The translations under genes were made by a program, and so were the position numbers. 64,000 nucleotides of DNA from Alphaproteobacteria bacterium (GTDB lineage: Bacteria; Pseudomonadota; Alphaproteobacteria; Bin95). This document shows positions 41,094-49,576 of this stretch, piece after piece. Below the pieces are notes generated by a model that was not told the origin of the DNA, did no database searches, and saw only the letters and a list, made by a program, of their open reading frames with translations. The stretch covers positions 4,320,001-4,384,000 of the forward strand of contig CBDBGH010000003.1 in assembly GCA_965205265.1 (NCBI GenBank). Reading direction: 5' to 3'. Each line of letters starts with the position of its first letter. Position 1 is the first letter of the stretch.

Positions 41094-41316
41094 CTATGCG
41101 GCGTGATTGTGCCGCTGGCTGTCCTGCCAGTTCCAGGGGAGGAGTTCGCCGAGCCGGCTCTGCGGCGTCTCTGCGATCCGGCGCAGGACATCGGCGAGCC
41201 AGGCCTGGGGGATCGACGTTGTTGAGCTTGGCGGTGCCGATGAGGGTATACATGGCTGCGGCGCGCCTGCCGCCGCGGTCGGAGCCGGCGAACAGCCACG
41301 CTTTGCGGCCGAGTGC
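41094..41316 (-). pseudogene. tnpC: IS66 TnpC C-terminal part
   Basis: LGRKAWLFAGSDRGG..AAMYTLIGTAKLN.VDP / QAWLADVL...LLPWNW; +1 frameshift in a G5 run near 41207-41211. Confidence 0.88.
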
Positions 41317-41801
41317 GATCGTGCATTCATTCTGCCCATGTCGGGCAGGACTGCGTCATCCATTACCCGTGGCATGCCCATTTCGGCCGCCGTGTCCGCC
41401 TTGAAGTTATCGAACAGCGTGCCGACGGCCTCATGGCCTCTGTCGAGGTAGAGCCCGGGCTGGTCATCAAGATTCCCGCCTGGTCGCTCGATCCTGCGTC
41501 ATGCGCCGGCATGGAGATCGGCGCGCCGCGTGTATCCCTGGCCGCTCTTGCCGCGCTTCACGAGGTTCTCGTCGGCCAGGGTTTTAGACGAAGCTCCTCC
41601 GCTGACGGGACGGTTAGTGAGGAGGAGCTCAATGAAGTCTTTGGCTGTACCGGCGAGGCCGCCGGGCGAGTTCCGACAGCTCAGCATGCTGTTGGACACA
41701 CCGGCGCTGCGTGGCCTGAACCGGGAGGAACGCGACGCGGTCGTGGGCGCGCTGGCCGGGCTGCTTCTGGAAGCGGCGGATTTCGCGGTGAAGGAGGATG
41801 A
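41317..41801 (+). CDS. accessory ORF1 of the LSR element (IHYPWH motif, Y4bD/Y4pK-like); its start lies at the other end of the element
   Basis: Frame is open from the att core; motifs IHYPWHAHFG and IPAWSLD; no RBS/ATG upstream of the motif in the integrated state. Confidence 0.65.
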
Positions 41802-41817
41802 CGATGAGCACCTCTGA
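41632..41817 (+). CDS. accessory ORF2 of the LSR element (61 aa)
   Basis: GAGGAGGAG RBS; MKSLAVPARPPGEFRQLSMLL...ERDAVVGALAGLLLEAA; overlaps the LSR start. Confidence 0.7.
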   Translation: MKSLAVPARPPGEFRQLSMLLDTPALRGLNREERDAVVGALAGLLLEAADFAVKEDDDEHL

Positions 41818-43876
41818 TGCGTTGCCGCGATCGGTGTTGACGCGCAAGGCCGTGGTTTATGTCCGTCAGTCCACGCCCCAGCAGATGCGGAACAATCTCG
41901 AGAGCCAGCGCCGCCAATACGATCTCGTCAACGTGGCGCGCGGGCACGGTTTCGCCCGGGTTGAGGTCATCGACGAAGATCTGGGCCTGTCGGCGAGTGG
42001 CGCCATCGCACGGCCGGGTTTCGAGCGTCTCGTCGCCTGGCTGTGTGCCGGGGACGTCGGAGCGGTACTTTGCTTCGAGGCGTCTCGCATCTCCCGCAAC
42101 GGCCGGGACTGGCACCATCTGCTCGAGCTCTGCGGTCTCGTGGAGGCCCGCGTCATCGACCTGGATGGCATCTATGATCCTCGCCACCCAAACGACCGCT
42201 TGCTGCTCGGACTTAAGGGCCAGATCAGTGAGTTCGAACTCGGCGTTCTCCGCGCACGGATGCTCGACGCCGCCCGATCCAAGGCAGCGCGCGGCGAGCT
42301 TCGCATCAGCGTCCCGATCGGTTACGTGTGGCATCCCCAAGGCGGGCTGGGGCTGGATCCTGACATTCGGGTTCAGGAAGCGATCCGTCAGATATTCGCC
42401 CGATTTCGCGAGCTGGGCAGCGCGCGGCAGGTCCTGTTGACGCTGGTCGAGCAGCAGCATTGCTTCCCGCGCCCGTCAGATGGCAGGACAACGGTTAGCT
42501 TCGACTGGACGCCGATCCGCTATCGCAATGTGATTTCGGTATTGAAGAACCCCTTCTACGCTGGTGTCTATGCCTACGGCAAAAGCGAACAACGAACCGA
42601 GATCGTCGACGGGCGGGTGCACAAAAGCTATGGCCACCGGAGACCGATGGCGGAATGGGAGGTCATGCTGAAGGACCATCACGAGGGCTACATCGATTGG
42701 GCGGAGTTCGAGCGCAACCAGGCGCAACTCGCCGCCAACGCCTTCGGCTGGTCCGGCGGCGCGAAGTCCGGGCGCGGCGGACGGGCGCTGCTGAGCGGAC
42801 TTCTCAGCTGTGGGCGCTGCGGCCGCTCAATGTCAGTCGCCTATGCTGGGCAATCACCGGGCAATCCTGTTTATTTCTGCAACCGGCAACACCTCCAGCT
42901 CGGGCTCGATCGCTGTCTGAGGTTCGGCGGCGCGCGTGTGGATGCCGCCATTGCCGATGAGATCATCGGGGTCGTCGAGCCCTTGGCCGTGGAAGCCTCC
43001 TTGAAGGCCGAGCGGGTGAAGGTGGAGGGCCTGAGCGAACAACAGCGAGTGGCCGAGCTGGACCTGCAGCAAGCCCGCTACGAAGCATCACTCGCCGAGC
43101 GGCGCTATGCCGCCTGCGATCCGGACAACCGGTTGATTGCCGCCGAGCTGGAGAAGAGTTGGGAGGCGGCGCTTCGCCGCGTCCAGGTGTGCGAAGCGCG
43201 GCTGGAGGCAATGCGGTCGCCGTCACCGCAGCCCTCGGGACCGGATCTGGCCGGGCTTGCCGATGACCTGAAGGCAGCCTGGAACGCGCCGGGGGTGAGC
43301 ATGCGTGCCCGCCAGCGGCTCGTACGCACCCTGATCGCCGGCATCGTCGCCGATGTCGACGAGGAAGCGCGCGAAGTCCTGCTGACGATCCACTGGGTCG
43401 GTGGCCGCCATTCCCGATTGCGGGTTCGAAAGCCCAGAACCGGTGAACATGGCTGCCGAACGCCCGAGGAAGCGCTGGCGGTGATACGCAGCATGGCCGG
43501 GCGGTGGTCGGACGAACATATCGCTGCGTCTCTCAACCGGATGGGCATGCGGACCGGCCAGCACAAGAGCTGGACCGGCAAGCGGGTCGGATCGATCCGT
43601 CGCGTGAACGGGATCGACGGCTATCTCTCAGCGGACAAGCAGGGCGATTGGTACACCATGACCGAGGCGGCGAACGAGTTGGGCACCACCAGCCATACGC
43701 TCAGGCGCCTCATCGAGGATGGAACGCTACCCGCCACGCAGCTCGTTCCCCGAGCGCCTTGGCAGATCAGAGCCGCGGACCTCCATTCAGAGAGCGTTGC
43801 TCACGCCCTGGCACAAAGGAAAGGCCCGCGTCGCACTTCATGCCGGGATCAGATGTCAATGTTTTCAGATAGTTGA
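41804..43876 (+). CDS. large serine recombinase with zinc ribbon and C-terminal HTH
   Basis: YVRQST catalytic Ser, RPGF, SRISRN, LKNPFYAG, CGRCG; terminal HTH MTEAANELG...LRRLI; AGGAGG RBS. Confidence 0.93.
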   Translation: MSTSDALPRSVLTRKAVVYVRQSTPQQMRNNLESQRRQYDLVNVARGHGFARVEVIDEDLGLSASGAIARPGFERLVAWLCAGDVGAVLCFEASRISRNGRDWHHLLELCGLVEARVIDLDGIYDPRHPNDRLLLGLKGQISEFELGVLRARMLDAARSKAARGELRISVPIGYVWHPQGGLGLDPDIRVQEAIRQIFARFRELGSARQVLLTLVEQQHCFPRPSDGRTTVSFDWTPIRYRNVISVLKNPFYAGVYAYGKSEQRTEIVDGRVHKSYGHRRPMAEWEVMLKDHHEGYIDWAEFERNQAQLAANAFGWSGGAKSGRGGRALLSGLLSCGRCGRSMSVAYAGQSPGNPVYFCNRQHLQLGLDRCLRFGGARVDAAIADEIIGVVEPLAVEASLKAERVKVEGLSEQQRVAELDLQQARYEASLAERRYAACDPDNRLIAAELEKSWEAALRRVQVCEARLEAMRSPSPQPSGPDLAGLADDLKAAWNAPGVSMRARQRLVRTLIAGIVADVDEEAREVLLTIHWVGGRHSRLRVRKPRTGEHGCRTPEEALAVIRSMAGRWSDEHIAASLNRMGMRTGQHKSWTGKRVGSIRRVNGIDGYLSADKQGDWYTMTEAANELGTTSHTLRRLIEDGTLPATQLVPRAPWQIRAADLHSESVAHALAQRKGPRRTSCRDQMSMFSDS

Positions 43877-43906
43877 AGAGGGGGTGCAGAATGACTCCAT
43901 CGTCGC

Positions 43907-45286
43907 AATACCGCGCAGACAGCGCTCGGCGGCATTGTTCGAGAGGCAGATGCGCCCGTCGTCGAGGAAGCGGGCGAAGCGGTCCCATCGTCTGAGCATG
44001 TAGTCCATGGCCTTGGCGACGGGGGCATGGCGGGAGAGCCTGGCGCGTTCGGTCTTCATCCAGGTCTTGAGATCGGCGACGAGCGGCGCGCTCAGCTCCT
44101 GGCGGACGGCATGGCGCCGCGCGACGGTCTTGCCGTTGATGTCGCGCTTGATGTCGAACAGCAGGTCGATCCGCTTCACGGCTTCCATCGCCAGCGGCGA
44201 GATCGGCGGCGCGTTCCTGCGCCCCTTGCCGGCGGCAATGTCGGCGCGTTCGAAGAATTTGCGTCGACCATGCGCCCAACAGGGAACTTCGGTGACAGGC
44301 CCGGGCAGCCGCGTGGCCGCGTAGAGGCGGTTGTAGCCGGCGAAACTGTCGGCCTGGAGGATGCCGGCGAAGCTCTCCAGGTGCTCGACCGGATGATCGC
44401 CGGACCGGTTCCGCGAGTAGCGGAACAGGGCCGCCGGCGGGTCCGGACCGCCGAACGGCCGGTCGTCGCGGACATAGACCCAGGCCCGGCCCTTGTCGGT
44501 CTTGCCCCTGGCCAGCACCGGCACCGGCGTGTCGTCGCCATGCAGGCGTTCGGCCGCCATGACATGCGATGCGATCAGGTCGTGCAGCGGCCTCAGCGCC
44601 ACCGTGCAGGCGCCGACCTGGTCGGCCAGGGTCGACAGGCTGAGGTCGACGCCTTCGCGCGCGAAGCGGTCGCGCTGGCGGTTCAGCGGCTGGTGCTGCC
44701 CATACTTCTCGAAGACGATCGTCGCGAGCAGGTTGGGGCCCGCCCAGCCGCGCGGCGTCGGGTGGAACGGCGCCGGCGGCTGGCTGATCTTCTCGCAATC
44801 GCGGCATGTGAACTTCTCGCGCACCGTCTGGATCACCTTCCACTGGCGCGGAATGACCTCCAGCGTCTCGGTGACGTCCTCGCCGATCTTGGAGAGCTTC
44901 TGCGAGCCGCAGCATGCGCAGGCGTCCGGCGGCGTCACCACCACGCGCTCGCGCGGCAGATGCGCGGGGAACGGCTTGCGCCCGAACCGGCGGCGGCGGG
45001 TGAAGCCCTTGACCCGGGTCGCGCCGGCCGCCGCCTGTTCGGCCGCCAACTCGTCCTCGGTCGCGCTCGCCTCGAGCTCGTCTAGCTGGAGTTCCATCTG
45101 GTCGAGAAGCCGCTGCTTGCGCTCCGAACGCTGGCCGAAAAGCGCGCGGCGCAGCTTCTCGATCATCAGCTTCAGGGCGGCGATCTGCGCTTCGGCGTCG
45201 GATACCTGCGCCTCGGCGTTCGCGGCCCGGCTCTCGGCCGCCGCCAGCGCGGCCTTCAGCGCGTCGATCTCCGATCCGTCCGGCAT
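43907..45286 (-). pseudogene. tnpC: IS66 TnpC N-terminal part
   Basis: LFGQRSE, HLPRE, CxxCG, LHGDDTP, CWAHGRR, NNAAERCLRGI; interrupted here. Confidence 0.9.
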
Positions 45287-45357
45287 GAACGGAAGCGAAT
45301 CACAACAGCCGCTACGCCGCCATGCCGATCCTGTGCGATGAGTCCTTTTGCCGCCCG

Positions 45358-45705
45358 TCAGCCGGCCCGCGACGGACGCCAGGTCCGCACCGGGTTGCGC
45401 CAGTCGATCCCTTCAAGCAGGTAGCCCAGCTGCGCCGCGCTGATCGACACCGCCTCGCCCGAAGCCGAAGGCCAGGGGAACCGGCCGCGCTCCAGGCGCT
45501 TGGCGTAGAGCGACGTGCCGATCCCGTCGGTCCAGAGAATCTTCACGAGGTCGCCCTTGCGTCCGCGGAATATGAAGAGATCGCCCGCATGCGGGTCCCG
45601 CCCGAGACCCTGCTGGACCTGCAGCGCCAGCGTGTTCATCCCGCGCCGCATGTCCGTCACGCCGGTCGCAAGCCACACCCGCGCCCCGCTCGGAACCGGG
45701 ATCAT
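45358..45705 (-). CDS. tnpB: IS66 accessory protein
   Basis: TDMRRG, FIFRGR, KRLERGRF.W motifs. Confidence 0.92.
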   Translation of the reverse strand: MIPVPSGARVWLATGVTDMRRGMNTLALQVQQGLGRDPHAGDLFIFRGRKGDLVKILWTDGIGTSLYAKRLERGRFPWPSASGEAVSISAAQLGYLLEGIDWRNPVRTWRPSRAG

Positions 45706-46115
45706 CGCCGTTCCAGAACCCCGAGAACCCGCGACAGCGCCGCCGCGTCCACATCCCGGTCCACCGTCACCCGCGAGCCGTCCGCAGCCAGCGCAATCTC
45801 GATCCGTCCGGAGGCAGACGGCTCGATATCCGGCGCCGGCAGCAGCTTCGCAGGCTCCGCCCCTTCCGTCGAAGTGACGACCACCGGGACGAAGCCGCCC
45901 ACCACGCGCGCCAGCTCCCGATACTGGCGGCGCCAGCTGAAGACCATGTTCGCGTTCACGTCATGCCGCCGCGCTACCACCGAAACCGAAACCCCGGGCT
46001 GGTAGCTCTCCGTCACGATCCGGCGCTTCTGCGCCTCGCTCCAGCGACGGCGGCGGCGGCGAAGCCGAACCTCGCCCCCGGCGCCCGAATGCTCCGCGTC
46101 GTCCGACATCCGCAT
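45702..46115 (-). CDS. tnpA: IS66 accessory HTH protein
   Basis: RRRWS.AQK.RIV.ES, VARRHDVNAN.VFSWRR. Confidence 0.88.
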   Translation of the reverse strand: MRMSDDAEHSGAGGEVRLRRRRRRWSEAQKRRIVTESYQPGVSVSVVARRHDVNANMVFSWRRQYRELARVVGGFVPVVVTSTEGAEPAKLLPAPDIEPSASGRIEIALAADGSRVTVDRDVDAAALSRVLGVLERR

Positions 46116-46227
46116 AGTGCCCACTTATCCTTGATGGACACTTACGCGCGCCCATCCCTGAGCGCGAACCCTCGCCGATCCACGACAAAGCCGACAGGCG
46201 GTCTACGACGGATGCTTACCGCAAGCG

Positions 46228-46621
46228 CCACGCTGTCGTCGATACTACCGGCATGCTCTTCGGGCTCGTCGTTCATGCCGCCGATGTTCAGGATCGCGAC
46301 GGAGCGCCGGCCGTGCTGAAATCCATACGCCATGCCTGCCCCTGGCTGCGCTATCTGTTCGCCGACGGCGGCTATGCCGGACCGAAGCTGCGCGCCGCCC
46401 TCAACAGGATCGGCAAGTGGACGCTCGAAATCGTCAAGCGCTCCGACACCGCCAGCGGCTTCGAAGTCCTCCCCCGGCGGTGGGTCGTCGAACGCACTTT
46501 CGCATGGCTCGGGCGCTGCCGACGGCTCGCAAAAGACTGGGAAAAATCCATCGCCTCCAGCGAGGCTTGGATCAACATCGCCCACATACGCCTCACGACA
46601 CGACGCCTCGCAAGGGCCTGA
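46228..46621 (+). pseudogene. IS5 transposase, C-terminal part
   Basis: HAVVDTTG, QDRDGA, ADGGY, RWVVERTFAW; joins in frame with 40573-41003. Confidence 0.9.
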
Positions 46622-46740
46622 AAAAGTTAGGGGAGTTTCGAGTCAGGCTCTTAGGTTGTATGCGGTGCGAGCGCCCCACCTTCATACAGGCCTGGTGATG
46701 TGGGAGTTAGGGTTCGGAATGAGACGAAGGGAATTTCTCA

Positions 46741-47139
46741 TTGGAGCCCTCAGCAGAGCTTCTCACCAACGCCAGGGTTGAAGTGTTGCCGGCGCGTGGC
46801 GGCTTTCGCCGTCGCTGGCCGGCTTCGGTGAAAGCGCGGATTGTTGCCGAGACACTGGAGGAAGGCGCGACGGTCGCCGGGGTAGCGCGTCGCTACGAGA
46901 TCAACTCGAACCAGCTGTCGGAATGGCGCCGCCAGGCACGGAAGGGCCTTCTGGTGTTGCCTGCGGAGGGCGAGATGGGTTTTGCTCCGGTGGTCTTGCG
47001 TCAGGATGAGCGCCGGGTTCCCGCTGCGGGCAGCGACCGCCTGGAAGTGATCCAGGACCGGGTGACGCTCCGTCTGGACGCCGCGACACCGGCTTGCCGG
47101 ATCGCCGAGATCGTGTCGGCGTTGAACGCATCGGTATGA
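46741..47139 (+). CDS. tnpA: IS66 accessory HTH protein
   Basis: RRRWPASVKARIVAET, VARRYEINSNQLSEWRR; start position uncertain. Confidence 0.85.
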   Translation: MEPSAELLTNARVEVLPARGGFRRRWPASVKARIVAETLEEGATVAGVARRYEINSNQLSEWRRQARKGLLVLPAEGEMGFAPVVLRQDERRVPAAGSDRLEVIQDRVTLRLDAATPACRIAEIVSALNASV

Positions 47140-47489
47140 TCTTCCCATCGAACCGGGTCCGGATCGTGGTTGCGACGAAGCCCGTGGACTTCAGGAAGCA
47201 GCACGACGGCCTTGTTGCGCATGTGAAGAGCGTATTGCGCAAGGACCCGTTCACGGGAACGGTCTTCGCGTTCCGTACGAAACGAGCTGACAGGCTGAAG
47301 CTGATCTACTGGGACGGGACCGGCCTGGTGATGGTCTACAAGCGTCTGGAGGACCAGGGCTTTGTCTGGCCGGCGATCCGCGACGGGGTGATGTCGCTGA
47401 GCCATGCGCAGTTCGAGGCGCTGTTCTCCGGGCTGGACTGGCGCCGTGTGCGAGCGCTGTCGGCACGGCGCCCGGCTGAGGCCGAATGA
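47136..47489 (+). CDS. tnpB: IS66 accessory protein
   Basis: PVDFRK.HDGL, WDGTG, KRLE..F.WP motifs. Confidence 0.9.
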   Translation: MIFPSNRVRIVVATKPVDFRKQHDGLVAHVKSVLRKDPFTGTVFAFRTKRADRLKLIYWDGTGLVMVYKRLEDQGFVWPAIRDGVMSLSHAQFEALFSGLDWRRVRALSARRPAEAE

Positions 47490-47544
47490 CTCACTGGGCG
47501 GATCGGGGCGTGCCGCGTCCCGACACTGTGCTACCAGACTGGCC

Positions 47545-49188
47545 ATGCCGGCCCTTGCGGAGATCGACCTCGGAACGCTGACGCCCGAACAGCGGGAAGC
47601 GGCGGTGCAGGCAATCGCGGCGCTGGAGGTGCTTCGCGCCGAGAACGAGACGCTGGCGGAAGAGAAGGCCTGTCTCGCGGGCGAGAACGAAGTTCTGACG
47701 GACCGCAACGGGGCTCAGGCGGAGCGCATCCGCCGTCTCGAACATCTGAACCTCGAACTGATCCGCCTTCTGTATGGCAAGAGGTCGGAGAAGCTGTCGG
47801 CGGACGAGCGCCAGCTGGCGTTCGAGGACCTTGAGGGCGCGGCGGCGGAGATCGAAGCAGCGGCCGCGCCGGAAGATCCGACGCCGGCCCAATCGCCGAA
47901 GCGTCCTCGCCCGGCGCGCAATATCGGCCACTTGCCGGAGCATCTGGAGCGGATCGAGCAGGTGGTCGAGCCGGAGAGCACGCTCTGCCCCTGCGGCTGC
48001 GGGGAGATGGTGAAGATTGGCGAGGATCGCACGGAGCGCCTGGACATCGTGCCGGCGCAGCTTCGGGTGATCGTCACGGTGCGGCCGAAATACGCCTGCC
48101 GGGCCTGCGAACAGGGCGTCACCCAGGCGCCGGCGCCGGCCCGGCTGATCGAGGGCGGGTTGCCGACCGAAGGCGCGATCGCCCATGTGCTCGTCTCCAA
48201 ATACCTGGACCATTGCCCGTTGCACCGGCAGGCGCAGGTCTATGCCCGTTCCGGCCTCGATCTGGACCGCTCGACGCTGGCCGGCTGGGTCGGCAGGGCG
48301 TCATTCCATCTGAAACCGGTGGCCGACCGGCTGGCGGAGCATCTCAAGCGCTCTTCGAAGCTGTTCATGGACGAGACGCGGGCGCCGGTGCTCGATCCGG
48401 GCCGCGGCAGGACCAAGACCGGCTGGCTGTGGGCGCTGGCCCGCGACGACCGTGCCTGGAGCGGACCCGACCCGCCGGGCGTTGTGTACTTCTATGCGCC
48501 CGGGCGCGGCGGTGAATATGCCGAGCGCTTCCTCGACGGCTTCGATGGTATCCTCCAGGTGGATGGCTATGCCGGCTACAACCGGCTGACTGGACCGAGC
48601 CGCAAGGGCGGCGCGCCGATACGGCTGGCTTACTGCTGGTCCCACGCGAGGCGCCGGCTCCGCGAGATCTACGACAGCAGCGGCTCCGAGATCGCGGCAG
48701 AGGGCCTGCGCCGGATCGCCGAGCTCTACGCCATCGAGGCCGACATCCGCGGCAGCCCGCCCGAGCAACGTCTCGCAGAACGACACGCGCGCTCCGCGCC
48801 CCTGGTCGAGGCCTTCGGCGACTGGCTGAAGCAGCAGCGCGCCCGCATCTCGCCCAAGTCCCGCCTCGGCGAGAAGCTCGCCTATATCGCCCGTCACTGG
48901 GACGGCCTCCGGCTGTTCCTCGCCGACGGCCGCGTCGAGATGGACAGCAATGCCGTCGAGAACCTCGCCCGGCCGATTGCCCTTACAAGGAAAAACGCGC
49001 TCTTCGCGGGTCACGACGAAGGCGCGGTCGCCTGGGGCCGGATCGCTTCACTCACCCAGACCGCCAGGTTGAACGGGGTCGAGCCCTACGCCTGGCTCAA
49101 GGCCACCCTCGAAGCCATCGCGGTCGGCCATCCCAACGACCGCATCGACGACCTGCTCCCGTGGAACTTCAAGCCGTCGTCAAGCTGA
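47545..49188 (+). CDS. tnpC: IS66 transposase
   Basis: YGKRSE, CPCGC, MDET, QVDGYAGY, CWSHARR, DSNAVE, LLPWN motifs. Confidence 0.92.
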   Translation: MPALAEIDLGTLTPEQREAAVQAIAALEVLRAENETLAEEKACLAGENEVLTDRNGAQAERIRRLEHLNLELIRLLYGKRSEKLSADERQLAFEDLEGAAAEIEAAAAPEDPTPAQSPKRPRPARNIGHLPEHLERIEQVVEPESTLCPCGCGEMVKIGEDRTERLDIVPAQLRVIVTVRPKYACRACEQGVTQAPAPARLIEGGLPTEGAIAHVLVSKYLDHCPLHRQAQVYARSGLDLDRSTLAGWVGRASFHLKPVADRLAEHLKRSSKLFMDETRAPVLDPGRGRTKTGWLWALARDDRAWSGPDPPGVVYFYAPGRGGEYAERFLDGFDGILQVDGYAGYNRLTGPSRKGGAPIRLAYCWSHARRRLREIYDSSGSEIAAEGLRRIAELYAIEADIRGSPPEQRLAERHARSAPLVEAFGDWLKQQRARISPKSRLGEKLAYIARHWDGLRLFLADGRVEMDSNAVENLARPIALTRKNALFAGHDEGAVAWGRIASLTQTARLNGVEPYAWLKATLEAIAVGHPNDRIDDLLPWNFKPSSS

Positions 49189-49576
49189 AATCCGGGTGAC
49201 CCGCCCGCATCGCTTACGGAACTGCCGCTCGATCACCAGCACATTATCAGCTGCCGGGGCCGACACCTGCTTGCCGTCGATATCCGGGCCCGACGCGCGC
49301 CAGAGCACCGCATACCGCGTATCTGGCGGCTCGCTGAGGAGCGCCTCCTGTTGCATGAGCGGAGCCGACATTTTGTCACGACCATAAGCGACCCATAACC
49401 ACGCGGCCGGGCTGAGACACCGGAGGGAATGACATCAACGCGGAGGGCAAGCGCCGTGTTTGTCATCGCCACAGACGCATGCAACCACATAGCGGCCACG
49501 CGAGGCGCCCGACTTGCTTCCGATGGCAGACATACCCGCATGATCGTCGACCCGGAGATATGCCTGCCGGACCCGG

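Larger units (their letters stand above)
41315..43906 (+). mobile_element. compact large-serine-recombinase element
   Basis: GC core duplicated at 41315-41316 and 43905-43906; TCATTCTGC inverted repeat exactly 10 bp inside each core; removal restores tnpC codons RGIALGRK. Confidence 0.88.
41004..46219 (-). mobile_element. IS66-family element interrupted by a serine-recombinase element
   Basis: IRs GTAAGCATCCG/CGGATGCTTAC; 8-bp TSD CGCAAGCG (40996-41003 and 46220-46227). Confidence 0.92.
40496..46650 (+). mobile_element. IS5-family (IS1031-like) element interrupted by IS66
   Basis: IRs GAGCCTGACCCGAAA/TTTCGAGTCAGGCTC; TTA TSD at 40493-40495 and 46651-46653. Confidence 0.9.
46658..49217 (+). 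mobile_element. IS66-family element (complete, no TSD)
   Basis: Imperfect IRs GTATGCGGTGCGAGCG...CACC and (reverse complement) GTAAGCGATGCGGGCG...CACC; contains tnpA, tnpB, tnpC. Confidence 0.88.

Noticed and set aside
41200-41215. Programmed frameshift in the tnpC tail
   Set aside because: One extra base in a G run of an already interrupted gene; decay or a sequencing error is more likely.
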